From Eledone cirrhosa (lineage: Eukaryota): a stretch of 64,000 nucleotides of DNA. This document shows, piece after piece, positions 39,030 to 52,596 of this stretch (its first letter is position 1; each line of letters begins with the position of its first letter). A program made the position numbers and the translations under genes. The DNA is taken from the NCBI GenBank assembly GCA_964016885.1, contig OZ024761.1, positions 11,904,001-11,968,000 of the forward strand, written 5' to 3'. A model generated the notes under the pieces. The model did not search any database, was not told where the DNA came from, and worked only from the letters and a program-made list of their open reading frames with translations.

Positions 39030-39192
39030 GTTTTGAGGCAAACCAGCACGCTCGCAGCATTAGCTCGGGCGATGGCGAGGGCTGGCGCTGGGACAGCCAA
39101 GCACCCTCACGAGGAGCATCACCACTTACCTCGGTTAGGCGATCCGCCAGTGAAGATAAGAACCGCGCAGTCCGTAGCCCGACCCCCCAGGC
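39030..39192 (-). pseudogene. Second CRE-like endonuclease fragment
   Basis: GVGLRTARFLSSLADRLTEVSG..REGAWLSQR (frameshift) LAIARANAASVLVCLK. Confidence 0.7.
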
Positions 39193-40055
39193 TGGAAAAT
39201 ATAGTTAACCGAGGTTCGCTTTGCCTTTCATCTTTACAGGATCGATAAAATAAAGTACCAGTAATGTACTGGGGTCGATTTAATCGACTTTACCCTCCCC
39301 CAAATTTGCTGGTCTTGTGCCTAAAGTAGAAAGCAATCGGTAGAGCGTCAGACACCATGCTTTGTAGCATAGAGTTAAAGTCCTTTACTTTTTGAGTTCA
39401 AATCCCGCCGAGGTTAAGTTTGCCTTTCATCCTTACGGAGTCGATAAAATAAAGTACCAGTAATACACTGGTGTATTGCTGGCCTTGTGCCAAAAGTAGA
39501 ATCTACGTACTATTATATAGATCATACTCTCCACATTCGTTCAATTAAATTTGAATTTCTCGGAGTTGTCCCCCTTGCCACGGAGGCCACTGTCTGGCAG
39601 ACAGTTGTCCCCCTTGCCACGGAGGCCACTGTCTGACAGACAGTTGTCCCCCTTGCCACGGGGGCAACTGTCTGGCAGACAGGACGTTGAATAAATGTTT
39701 AGCAGTGTTTGTTTTGGTTCCTCCTTATTTTTGTGAGTTTGTGAGTTCAAATCCCACTGAGGTTAAACTTTGACTTTTATCCTTCTGAATTTTTGTTTCA
39801 AGTATGGATGTGATTTTTATTAATTTAATTAATTTTTTTTTTTTGTTGTTGATACTCTACATAAACATTGTATCGTTGACGATAGACTTCGTTTGATGAA
39901 AACGAAAATATCTTGTCCGATTCACCGGATTTATTGCGCATGCTCCGCTCATACACACGTCTAATTCGTCGCCAAGAGAGAGGTGGAGTACTAGCTGCTA
40001 CTTTTTAAAGGGTACACTCTCAGATTTTAGAAAAACTTACGTGGACCACCAACTT

Positions 40056-40202
<147 letters not shown>

Positions 40203-40335
40203 CAAAGGGATATTTAATTTGTTGGTAATTCAACAAATATAAATGTTTATAACAGATTCGAAGCACTCGACAAGTTTTCTGGAGTATAATATCAATAATA
40301 TTAATAAGGGAAACTATATTTATAAAACCATATTT

Positions 40336-40394
40336 ATTCTATTATATATATTTCAAGGGTACCAAAACTTTGGTACGCCCTCATCAGATAAAAT
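40336..40394 (-). ncRNA. Type I hammerhead ribozyme, family F3 (left arm)
   Basis: Reverse complement of 40516-40574. Confidence 0.8.
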
Positions 40395-40515
40395 ACAGAG
40401 CTTGTTTTATATTGACATATCCAAGAATGAGACCTTAACGGTTCAAGTTTTACCAGGTAAAACTTGAACCGTTAAGGTCTCATTCTTGGATATGTCAATA
40501 TAAAACAAGCTCTGT

Positions 40516-40574
40516 ATTTTATCTGATGAGGGCGTACCAAAGTTTTGGTACCCTTGAAATATATATAATAGAAT
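40516..40574 (+). ncRNA. Type I hammerhead ribozyme, family F3 (right arm)
   Basis: Stem I ATTTTAT/ATAGAAT, CTGATGA, stem II GTACCAAA/TTTGGTAC, GAAA, stem III ATATATAT, AUA. Confidence 0.8.
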
Positions 40575-40616
40575 AAATATGGTTTTATAAATATAGTTTC
40601 CATTTATTAATATCAT

Positions 40617-40655
<39 letters not shown>

Positions 40656-40667
40656 AAAAGAGTAAGG

Positions 40668-40762
40668 ACCCCGACAGCTGAGCTCCGGCCGTTTCGACAG
40701 CTAGATCCGAACTAACCCAGCAATATTAGGACGGCGGAACCTAGCTGAATTTATCAAGGGGT
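40668..40762 (-). ncRNA. Complete F1-related hammerhead with U3-A8 core
   Basis: Stem I ACCCC/GGGGT, TTGATAA, long stem II CAGCTAG/CTAGCTG, GAAA, stem III ACGGC/GCTGT, GUC. Confidence 0.7.
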
Positions 40763-40767
40763 ACAGT

Positions 40768-40816
<49 letters not shown>

Positions 40817-40945
40817 GAAATAAAGGAAAAGAATGACTTCACTTGTAGTTCTAAATAATTTAATTTAATTTTATAATATAATATTATAAAATTAAATCAA
40901 ATTATTTAGAACTACATGTGAATTCATTCTTTTCCTTTATTTCAA

Positions 40946-41000
<55 letters not shown>

Positions 41001-41161
41001 CAAAGAAAGTGTGGTAAAGAACCAGATGGACCATAACGCACCAAAGTACTCGATAATATGGGTAGTAGAGTCGGTAAAAGGAAAAGCGTTAGGACTCCGA
41101 CGGCAGAGCTCAAGCCGTTTCGACAGCTATTTCGTCCGGGTCCTGACTCTTTTCTTTATAA

Positions 41162-41201
<40 letters not shown>

Positions 41202-43165
41202 TTAAGACAGTGGAAAGTGTGAGGGAGGGCTGCGATTTGAGGAAGCTGTGGCTGCTATTTCTAGCAGGTCGTGGTCCTACATAGAGGCCTGTGTCGTTGT
41301 TGGGTGGTGTAAGAAAGAGGGTGTTATATGATTCGGTAGTTTTCCCCTATTGTTGCTTTTCGTTTCGTCACCTGCTGAAACAAAATGTTGATAGGGTCTC
41401 AGTGACTCCCTTCTCCCCTTTTACTCTTTCGTTGTTGTTTGGGTTTGGTTTTGTTCGTTGCAGACATAAGAGAGTTTTGATTGAACGAAAGGGCCCCCCC
41501 CCCTCTCTCTCAACCGTCCTCTCTCTCTCTCTCTCAACCTCTCTCTCACACATTCACACACAACCTCTCTCTCACACACGCACACACAACCTCTCTCTCA
41601 CACACACGCACACACAACCTCTCTCTCACACATTCACACACAACCTCTCTCTCACACACACGCACACACAACCTCTCTCTCACACACACGCACACACAAC
41701 CTCTCTCTCACACACGCACACACAACCTCTCTCTCACACATTCACACACAACCTCTCTCTCACACATTCACACACAACCTCTCTCTCACACACGCACACA
41801 CAACCTCTCTCTCACACACACGCACACACAACCTCTCTCTCACCCAACTTTCTCCCCCCCCCCCGCCAACCCACCCATGCCTGTCACGTCTTTTGTCACA
41901 AACGAAGTACAGAGAAAGACGGGGCTGGGGGTGGAGGAGGGTAGCCACTCGGTGGGTTGGTAGCTTTTGTAGAGGTTAAGAAAGGGGGAATATATAAGAT
42001 GTGGGTGGGGGACGAGGGGACCTTGGTGTGTGTATGTGGGGTGGGGCGAGGTGAGTGTGTGGGAGAATATAGAAGAAAAAAAAGAGAAAAACATGCTTAT
42101 GAAAGGTTTTGTGTGTGTGAAGTGTGTGTGGTGTGTATGTGTGTATGTGGTGTGTGTGGTGTGTGTGTGGTGTGTATGTGGTGTGTATGTGTGTATGTGG
42201 TGTGTATGTGGTGTGTGTGGTGTGTATGTGGTGTGTATGTGTGTATGTGGTGTGTATGTGGTGTGTGTGGTGTGTATGTGGTGTGTATGTGTGTATGTGG
42301 TGTGTGTGGTGTGTATGTGGTGTGTATGTGTGTATGTGGTGTGTGTGATGTGTGTGTGGTGTGTGTGGTGTGTATGTGGTGTGTGTGATGTGTGTGTGGT
42401 GTGTATGTGGTGTGTATGTGTGTATGTGGTGTGTGTGATGTGTGTGTGGTGTGTATGTGTGTATGTGGTGTGTGTGATGTGTGTGTGGTATGTATGTGGT
42501 GTGTATGTGTGTATGTGGTGTGTGTGATGTGTGTGTGGTGTGTATGTGGTGTGTATGTGTGTATGTGGTGTGTGTGATGTGTGTGTGGTGTGTATGTGTG
42601 TATGTGTGATGTGTGTGCATGTGTGTGGTGTGGTGTGTGTGTGTATATGTTGTGCGTGCGACAAAGAAAAACAAAATCGAAAGAAGAAATATATGAAAGA
42701 GGAGGGGGTGGGGGATAATAACAAAAAGGACGAAGAGTAGGAAGGAAAGAACTTCAGAAAATGAAGGAGAAAGAGGATGAAGGAAAGAAAGGAAATAATT
42801 CTTCTTTTTCTTTTTTCAACGATGAAAGATGGAAGAGAGAAAAATGATAAATTAAGAGATAGAGAAAAAATTTGGGGTACAGGAGATTTTTAATGGTTTT
42901 TAGAAATTTAGGGAAAATTTAGGGTACAGGAAATTTTTAATACATTTTAGGAATTTAGGAAAAAGGTGGAGTACAGGAAATTTTTAATACTGTATTTCCT
43001 GGCGCCAAAGACGCTTCATCCTCGAGGACAGACCCTAATTTTGACAACGAAAAATTTGGAAAAAAATAATAAACACACTTCAGCCTCTAGGACGACGCAT
43101 GGTAGATTTTTGGTAGATCATTTTCAGGAAAAAAGTAGTGTCTTCGATACCGGGAAATACGGTAG

Positions 43166-44458
43166 TTTTTAGAAATTTAGGAAAAATTTGGTTGGGTACA
43201 TGAAATTTTAATAATTTTTAGAAATTTAGGAAAAATTTGGTTGGGTACATGAAATTTTAATAATTTTTAGAAATTTAGGAAAAATTTGGTTGGGTACATG
43301 AAATTTTAATAATTTTTAGAAATTTAGGAAAAATTTGGTTGGGTACATGAAATTTTAATAATTTTTAGAAATTTAGGAAAAATTTGGTTGGGTACATGAA
43401 ATTTTAATAATTTTTAGAAATTTAGGAAAAATTTGGTTGGGTACATGAAATTTTAATAATTTTTAGAAATTTAGGAAAAATTTGGTTGGGTACATGAAAT
43501 TTTAATAATTTTTAGAAATTTAGGAAAAATTTGGTTGGGTACATGAAATTTTAATAATTTTTAGAAATTTAGGAAAAATTTGGTTGGGTACATGAAATTT
43601 TAATAATTTTTAGAAATTTAGGAAAAATTTGGTTGGGTACATGAAATTTTAATAATTTTTAGAAATTTAGGAAAAATTTGGTTGGGTACATGAAATTTTA
43701 ATAATTTTTAGAAATTTAGGAAAAATTTGGTTGGGTACATGAAATTTTAATAATTTTTAGAAATTTAGGAAAAATTTGGTTGGGTACATGAAATTTTAAT
43801 AATTTTTAGAAATTTAGGAAAAATTTGGTTGGGTACATGAAATTTTAATAATTTTTAGAAATTTAGGAAAAATTTGGTTGGGTACATGAAATTTTAATAA
43901 TTTTTAGAAATTTAGGAAAAATTTGGTTGGGTACATGAAATTTTAATAATTTTTAGAAATTTAGGAAAAATTTGGTTGGGTACATGAAATTTTAATAATT
44001 TTTAGAAATTTAGGAAAAATTTGGTTGGGTACATGAAATTTTAATAATTTTTAGAAATTTAGGAAAAATTTGGTTGGGTACATGAAATTTTAATAATTTT
44101 TAGAAATTTAGGAAAAATTTGGTTGGGTACATGAAATTTTAATAATTTTTAGAAATTTAGGAAAAATTTGGTTGGGTACATGAAATTTTAATAATTTTTA
44201 GAAATTTAGGAAAAATTTGGTTGGGTACATGAAATTTTAATAATTTTTAGAAATTTAGGAAAAATTTGGTTGGGTACATGAAATTTTAATAATTTTTAGA
44301 AATTTAGGAAAAATTTGGTTGGGTACATGAAATTTTAATAATTTTTAGAAATTTAGGAAAAATTTGGTTGGGTACATGAAATTTTAATAATTTTTAGAAA
44401 TTTAGGAAAAATTTGGTTGGGTACATGAAATTTTAATAATTTTTAGAAATTTAGGAAA
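43166..44458. repeat. 49-bp minisatellite, ~26 apparently identical units
   Basis: TTTTTAGAAATTTAGGAAAAATTTGGTTGGGTACATGAAATTTTAATAA. Confidence 0.98.
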
Positions 44459-44761
44459 TAAAAAAAGCAAAAAGCGAATAAGAATTATTTTTTATAATCA
44501 GCAAGCCCCATCTCAGAGTTTGGATAATTAAATATCTACCTAGTGGACCCATATTGTCAATAATTGTTTCTACTTTTGGTACAAGGTCACCAATTTGAAG
44601 GGACAAATGTAGGGTTAGAACCCAGGACCTTGTGATTGTAAAGTGTGCTTCTTGGCATGACAGCCACAGAGTGTCCAGATCTCACTACCATAGAGAAGAG
44701 AAGGACAACAGCTTTATAGGGCTTTTAACTTAGTCCCGACAGACCAACCTCTCCCCCCCCC

Positions 44762-44804
<43 letters not shown>

Positions 44805-45010
44805 ACAAAGGAAATGTGGTAAGGAACCAGATGGACCATAACGCACAGAGTACTCAATACTTAGGGTAGTAGAGTGGGTAATAGGAACGAGTAGGACCCC
44901 GACGGCTGAGCTCAAGCCGTTTCGACGGCTATTTCTGGACTAGCTGTCGAAACGGCTTGAGCTCTGCCGTCGGGGTCATACTGTTTCCTATATATATATA
45001 TATATATATA

Positions 45011-45306
45011 TTGTGAGTTCAATTCTCAGACCGGGTGATGTGTTGTTTCCTTGAGCAAGACACTTTATTTCACATTGCTCCAGTTTACTCAGCTGTAGAA
45101 ATGAGATGATAGGGACTGAGGTCCCTATCATTCCACTGCAAAGTGGTCGTGGAGGTGCCACGGCAAAAAAGCACCCAGCCCACACTGTAAATGAGGTTGG
45201 TGTTAGGAAGGGCATCCAGCTGTAGAAATCAAGCCAGAATCAGTTCCCGTCCCACCTTTGCAAGCAGGGAAAAGCAGACGTAAAATGATGAAGATGATGA
45301 TGATGA
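45011..45306 (+). mobile_element. SINE family A, 5'-truncated
   Basis: Begins at the B box; otherwise homologous to 20479-20799. Confidence 0.9.
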
Positions 45307-45761
45307 TATATATATTAATAAGAGGAATTCAAACTTTGTCTGATTTACTCGTTTTATTTACAATCCTTTAAAATTTATAATGGTATTAGAATGGAATAGT
45401 ATGGTAGAATATTAAATGTTAAGTGTTAATTGAACAAGTACTTTCATGCTTTTGCAATCTTCAGCTTCATATTCAGTGGTGACAGTCAAGTTTGCAATTT
45501 TCAACTATATATAAGTCTAAAGTCTGCCTTAAGCCAGAAAGCCCATTTGGCTGGTGCACATCCTGGTTTCATGGCATGAAGCGACAGAGAGTACAAGACC
45601 CCCCCCCCCCCAGAAAGGACACCAGTCCTTTGCAGAGTTAATGGTACTCATTTTCAGTTGAGTATACTGGAGCAACATGAAATGAAGTGTTTTGCTCAAG
45701 AACACAACACGCAACCCAGGAATCGAACCCACGACAAACATATATATATATGTATAAGTTT

Positions 45762-45955
45762 ATCCCGGGTTCAATTGGGGGGAACTACAGTAAGTAAGGT
45801 ACTCAATACATAGCAGAGGATAAATATTTAATATAGAAATGGCTTCTACAGGACTAGAACTGTTTCATTTGAAGAAACTCATCAGAAAAGCTTTCCTGAT
45901 GATTTCCTTTGAGTGAAACAGTTCTAGTCCTGTAGAAGCCATTTCTATATTAATT
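45762..45955. mobile_element. HHR family F2 head-to-head pair
   Basis: Two CTGATGA...GAAACAGTTCTAGTCCTGTA motifs on opposite strands joined at AAGCTT (~45888-45893). Confidence 0.75.
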
Positions 45956-46116
45956 TTTTTTTTCTGTTATTTTAATGTCCCCCCCTCCCCTCACACCCTG
46001 AAACATTGTCCCCACCCCCACTCTCAAGCCTCAACCTAATACCTAACACCTTTCGTAACTATATTCCTTGTTGTTATTTACTTTTCTTATATATATATAT
46101 ATATATAGATAGATAT

Positions 46117-46183
<67 letters not shown>

Positions 46184-46773
46184 CACACACCACACATGAC
46201 ATCAGTACACTAACCTCACACTCCCTTCATTTCCAAATTACCACCAACTCATCTCCTCCACCACCACCACCACCTCCACTCAACCTTCACACCTCTTCCT
46301 GATGCACCACACTCACTGACACACACACAGATGCACACACACACACACATTGACGCCCATACATACACACACACACAGAGGCCCAAATTTTCTCCTCCTT
46401 CTCCTTCTATTCTTCTTTTCCTATTGTCAGTCATTTGCCCCACTCCCCATACACACCCTTCTCCACCTCCATATACACCCTTCCCCACCCCATACACACC
46501 CTTCCCCACCCCAGCCACATCCCTGACCCACCCCAGCCACACATTCATGCACATCAACAACATAACAGCAGAAGATTTTAAAATGGCAGAGAGAGAGAGA
46601 GAGTTTAGTGGGAGAGAGAGGGAGAGAGAGTATAGTGTATGAGAGAGAGAGGGGGAAAGAGAGAGACAGTATGTATAGTGAGAGAGAGAGAGAGAGTATA
46701 GGTGGAGAGGGAAAGAGAGCGACAGAGTGTGTGTATAGTGAGAGGTGAGAGAGAGAGAGAGTGTGTGTGTATG

Positions 46774-46808
<35 letters not shown>

Positions 46809-47052
46809 GTATTTAACTAGACAGGGCAAAATATGGGCTACTACTTTGACAGAAGACCAGAAATGTATATCTGGTGGGGGACAAGGATGAGTGTGATGGG
46901 GGGGGGGGTAATGAAGTTGTTCATACATCTTCTGAAGAGCCTTCTACCACACCCTCACCTATCCCCTCAGACAGAAAACTACCCCCTACATATGGCATGG
47001 CTGACCTCTTTATATATAGCATGGCTGACCCCTTTCCCAACTCTCACCTAAC

Positions 47053-47470
47053 TGAAAGTTCGAAAATCCGAAAGTCTACAAAGTCCGAAAGTCTACAAAG
47101 TCTACAAAGTCTGAAAGTCCACAAAGTCTGCAAAGTCTACAAAGTCTGCAAGTCTACAAAGTCTGAAAGTCTACAAAGTCCGAAAGTCTACAAAGTCTGA
47201 AAGTCTACAAAGTCTGAAAGTCTACAAAGTCTGAAAGTCTACAAAGTCCGAAAGTCTACAAAGTCTGAAAGTCTACAAAGTCTGAAAGTCCACAAAGTCT
47301 GCAAAGTCTACAAAGTCTGCAAAGTCTACAAAGTCTGAAAGTCTACAAAGTCTGAAAGTCTACAAAGTCTGAAAGTCTACAAAGTCTGCAAAGCCTACAA
47401 AGCCTACAAAGTCTGAAAGCCTACAAAGCCTGAAAGTCTACAAAGTCTACAAAGTCCGTAAGTCCACAAA
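47053..47470. repeat. Short degenerate repeat AAAGTCT(G/AC)
   Basis: 8-10 bp units visible. Confidence 0.9.
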
Positions 47471-47757
47471 GGTCCACGGGACCTCTGGTCTAGGACACAA
47501 ACCTCAGGGAGGTACATTACTGAACCTTAAAGGATCACAGTTTTATACAGGGCCGGGTCTACCATTAAGGCCAACTAGACAGCCATCCAGGGTGATATAG
47601 ACCTCAGAGAGGTACATTACTGAACCTTAAAGGATCACAGTTTTATACAGGGCCGGGTCTACCATTAAGGCCAACTAGACAGCCATCCAGGGTGATATAG
47701 ACCTCAGAGAGGTACATTACTGAACCTTAAAGGACTGGGGCTACCATTAAGGCCAAC

Positions 47758-50700
47758 AACCCAGGTCCTCATTGTAGAGCTAGCCTACGGTGCTAAATAC
47801 CCAGGTACACATTGTAGAGCTAGCCTACGGTGCTAAATACCCAGGTACACACAGTAGAGCTAGCCTAGGGTGCTAAATACCCAGGTACACATTATAGAGC
47901 TAGCCTAGGGTGCTAAATACCCAGGTACACATTATAGAGCTAGCCTAGGGTGCTAAATACCCAGGTACACATTGTAGAGCTAGCCTACGGTGCTAAATAC
48001 CCAGGTACACATTATAGAGCTAGCCTACGGTGCTAAATACCCAGGTACACATTGTAGAGCTAGCCTAGGGTGCTAAATACCCAGGTACACATTGTAGAGC
48101 TAGCCTACGGTGCTAAATACCCAGGTACACACAGTAGAGCTAGCCTAGGGTGCTAAATACCCAGGTACACATTATAGAGCTAGCCTAGGGTGCTAAATAC
48201 CCAGGTACACATTGTAGAGCTAGCCTACGGTGCTAAATACCCAGGTACACATTGTAGAGCTAGCCTACGGTGCTAAATACCCAGGTACACATTATAGAGC
48301 TAGCCTACGGTGCTAAATACCCAGGTACACATTGTAGAGCTAGCCTAGGGTGCTAAATACCCAGGTACACATTGTAGAGCTAGCCTACGGTGCTAAATAC
48401 CCAGGTACACACAGTAGAGCTAGCCTAGGGTGCTAAATACCCAGGTACACATTATAGAGCTAGCCTAGGGTGCTAAATACCCAGGTACACATTGTAGAGC
48501 TAGCCTACGGTGCTAAATACCCAGGTACACATTGTAGAGCTAGCCTACGGTGCTAAATACCCAGGTACACATTGTAGAGCTAGCCTACGGTGCTAAATAC
48601 CCAGGTACACACAGTAGAGCTAGCCTAGGGTGCTAAATACCCAGGTACACATTGTAGAGCTAGCCTAGGGTGCTAAATACCCAGGTACACATTGTAGAGC
48701 TAGCCTAGGGTGCTAAATACCCAGGTACACATTGTAGAGCTAGCCTACGGTGCTAAATACCCAGGTACACATTGTAGAGCTAGCCTAGGGTGCTAAATAC
48801 CCAGGTACACACAGTAGAGCTAGCCTAGGGTGCTAAATACCCAGGTACACATTGTAGAGCTAGCCTAGGGTGCTAAATACACAGGTACACATTGTAGAGC
48901 TAGCCTACGGTGCTAAATACCCAGGTACACATTGTAGAGCTAGCCTACGGTGCTAAATACCCAGGTACACATTGTAGAGCTAGCCTAGGGTGCTAAATAC
49001 CCAGGTACACATTATAGAGCTAGCCTAGGGTGCTAAATACCCAGGTACACATTGTAGAGCTAGCCTACGGTGCTAAATACCCAGGTACACACAGTAGAGC
49101 TAGCCTAGGGTGCTAAATACCCAGGTACACATTGTAGAGCTAGCCTAGGGTGCTAAATACCCAGGTACACATTGTAGAGCTAGCCTAGGGTGCTAAATAC
49201 CCAGGTACACATTGTAGAGCTAGCCTACGGTGCTAAATACCCAGGTACACATTGTAGAGCTAGCCTAGGGTGCTAAATACCCAGGTACACACAGTAGAGC
49301 TAGCCTAGGGTGCTAAATACCCAGGTACACATTGTAGAGCTAGCCTAGGGTGCTAAATACCCAGGTACACATTGTAGAGCTAGCCTAGGGTGCTAAATAC
49401 CCAGGTACACATTGTAGAGCTAGCCTAGGGTGCTAAATACCCAGGTACACACAGTAGAGCTAGCCTAGGGTGCTAAATACCCAGGTACACATTGTAGAGC
49501 TAGCCTAGGGTGCTAAATACCCAGGTACACATTGTAGAGCTAGCCTACGGTGCTAAATACCCAGGTACACATTGTAGAGCTAGCCTAGGGTGCTAAATAC
49601 CCAGGTACACATTGTAGAGCTAGCCTAGGGTGCTAAATACCAGGTACACATTGTAGAGCTAGCCTAGGGTGCTAAATACCCAGGTACACATTATAGAGCT
49701 AGCCTACGGTGCTAAATACCCAGGTACACATTGTAGAGCTAGCCTAGGGTGCTAAATACCCAGGTACACATTGTAGAGCTAGCCTAGGGTGCTAAATACC
49801 CAGGTACACACAGTAGAGCTAGCCTAGGGTGGTAAATACCCAGGTACACATTGTAGAGCTAGCCTAGGGTGCTAAATACCCAGGTACACACAGTAGAGCT
49901 AGCCTAGGGTGCTAAATACCCAGGTACACATTGTAGAGCTAGCCTAGGGTGCTAAATACCCAGGTACACACAGTAGAGCTAGCCTAGGGTGGTAAATACC
50001 CAGGTACACATTGTAGAGCTAGCCTAGGGTGCTAAATACCCAGGTACACACAGTAGAGCTAGCCTAGGGTGCTAAATACCCAGGTACACATTGTAGAGCT
50101 AGCCTACGGTGCTAAATACCCAGGTACACACAGTAGAGCTAGCCTAGGGTGCTAAATACCCAGGTACACATTGTAGAGCTAGCCTAGGGTGCTAAATACC
50201 CAGGTACACATTGTAGAGCTAGGCTAGGGTGCTAAATACCCAGGTACACATTGTAGAGCTAGCCTAGGGTGCTAAATACCCAGGTACACATTGTAGAGCT
50301 AGCCTAGGGTGCTAAATACCCAGGTACACATTGTAGAGCTAGCCTAGGGTGGTAAATACCTAGGTACACATTGTAGAGCTAGCCTAGGGTGGTAAATACC
50401 CAGGTACACATTGTAGAGCTAGCCTAGGGTGCTAAATACCCAGGTACACATTGTAGAGCTAGCCTAGGGTGCTAAATACCCAGGTACACATTGTAGAGCT
50501 AGCCTAGGGTGCTAAATACCAAGGTACACATTGTAGAGCTAGCCTAGGGTGGTAAATACCCAGGTACACATTGTAGAGCTAGCCTAGGGTGCTAAATACC
50601 CAGGTACACATTGTAGAGCTAGCCTAGGGTGCTAAATACCCAGGTACACACAGTAGAGCTAGCCTAGGGTGGTAAATACCCAGGTACACATTGTAGAGCT

Positions 50701-51607
50701 AGCCTAGGGTGCTAAATACCCAGGTACACATTGTAGAGCTAGCCTAGGGTGCTAAATACCCAGGTACACATTGTAGAGCTAGCCTAGGGTGCTAAATACC
50801 CAGGTACACATTGTAAAGCTAGCCTAGGGTGGTAAATACCCAGGTACACATTGTAGAGCTAGCCTAGGGTGCTAAATACTCTGGTACACATTGTAGAGCT
50901 AGCCTAGGGTGGTAAATACCCAGGTACACATTGTAGAGCTAGCCTAGGGTGCTAAATACCCAGGTACACATTGTAGAGCTAGCCTAGGGTGCTAAATACC
51001 CAGGTACACATTGTAGAGCTAGCCTAGGGTGCTAAATACCCAGGTACACATTGTAGAGCTAGCCTAGGGTGCTAAATACCCAGGTACACATTGTAGAGCT
51101 AGCCTAGGGTGCTAAATACCAAGGTACACATTGTAGAGCTAGCCTAGGGTGGTAAATACCCAGGTACACATTGTAGAGCTAGCCTAGGGTGCTAAATACC
51201 CAGGTACACATTGTAGAGCTAGCCTAGGGTGCTAAATACCCAGGTACACACATTGTAGAGCTAGCCTAGGGTGGTAAATACCCAGGTACACATTGTAGAG
51301 CTAGCCTAGGGTGCTAAATACCCAGGTACACATTGTAGAGCTAGCCTAGGGTGCTAAATACCCAGGTACACATTGTAGAGCTAGCCTAGGGTGCTAAATA
51401 CCAAGGTACACATTGTAAAGCTAGCCTAGGGTGGTAAATACCCAGGTACACATTGTAGAGCTAGCCTAGGGTGCTAAATACTCTGGTACACATTGTAGAG
51501 CTAGCCTAGGGTGGTAAATACCCAGGTACACATTGTAGAGCTAGCCTAGGGTGCTAAATACCCAGGTACACATTGTAGAGCTAGCCTAGGGTGGTAAATA
51601 CCTAGGT
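47758..51607. repeat. 40-bp minisatellite, ~96 units
   Basis: CCCAGGTACACATTGTAGAGCTAGCCTASGGTGCTAAATA; preceded by a 120-bp tandem duplication (47500-47735). Confidence 0.98.
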
Positions 51608-51922
51608 GCTATCCCTGGTATCCCTATTTTGTCATCCACCCAGCAATATACCCAGCGATGTGTGAGCAACAGATGTTTATTTGTTAATTTTTTTTATTCC
51701 CAAACTAAAAAAAAAAAAGAAATATAAAAACAATTAAAATTAAATAAAATAAAATATATAAATAAATAAATATATAAATAAAATGTAAAGTGTATTAATT
51801 TCCCATCTGTCAGCAAGAAAGGTCAGGAAGAGAGAGGTGACTTGTAGGTCAGAGAGGGGGGAGAGAGTGTGAGAGAGAGAGGGAGAGGGAGAGAGAAAGA
51901 GAGAGAGAGAGCTGACTTGCAG

Positions 51923-51957
<35 letters not shown>

Positions 51958-52596
51958 GTGTATATATGTGAGAGAGAGGGCCGTAGAGTTTCTGTCTAGT
52001 GACTGTGGTATTAGAAGAGAGAGAGAGAGAGTGTGTGATATTAGGAGAGAGAGTATGTGTTGTGTGAGAGAGAGAGTGTATGTATGTGAGAGAGAGAGAG
52101 AGTGGTGTGGTGTAGGTTCTGTTAAGAGACTGTGATATTAGAAAAGGTCAAATGATGTAAAATAAAGTTACTTAGACTGGAAGAAACTTTCTTCAGAACT
52201 TATGTCATCACTGTTATTATTGCTGTCATTGTTATTGTCATCATCATCATTGTCACCATCATCACCATCATCACCACTACCATCACCATCATCACCACCA
52301 CCATCATCACCACCACCACGATGGTAGTGATGAGGGTGATGATAGTGGTAGTGATGCTGATGATGATATTAGAAAACCCAGGGGACTGGAATTCTTCAGA
52401 ATTATCCCAGACAAGGAGATTTGTTGCAACCCTAGAAGACTTCCAGTTTAAATTTCCATTAGTAGCTTTTGAAACCATATTGAGTGGCTCAGAAATTCTG
52501 TTTTTGATTCTTCAATAAAGTTCACTTGATACTTCGAGGTGTATTTCATAAGGTGGAAAACTTCCAGAAGCAATTGGTTGATATCAAGAATGACGA

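Noticed and set aside
35328-39100. ORFs over 1000 aa in several frames
   Set aside because: Product of a stop-free 42-bp unit; open on both strands, no domain signal.
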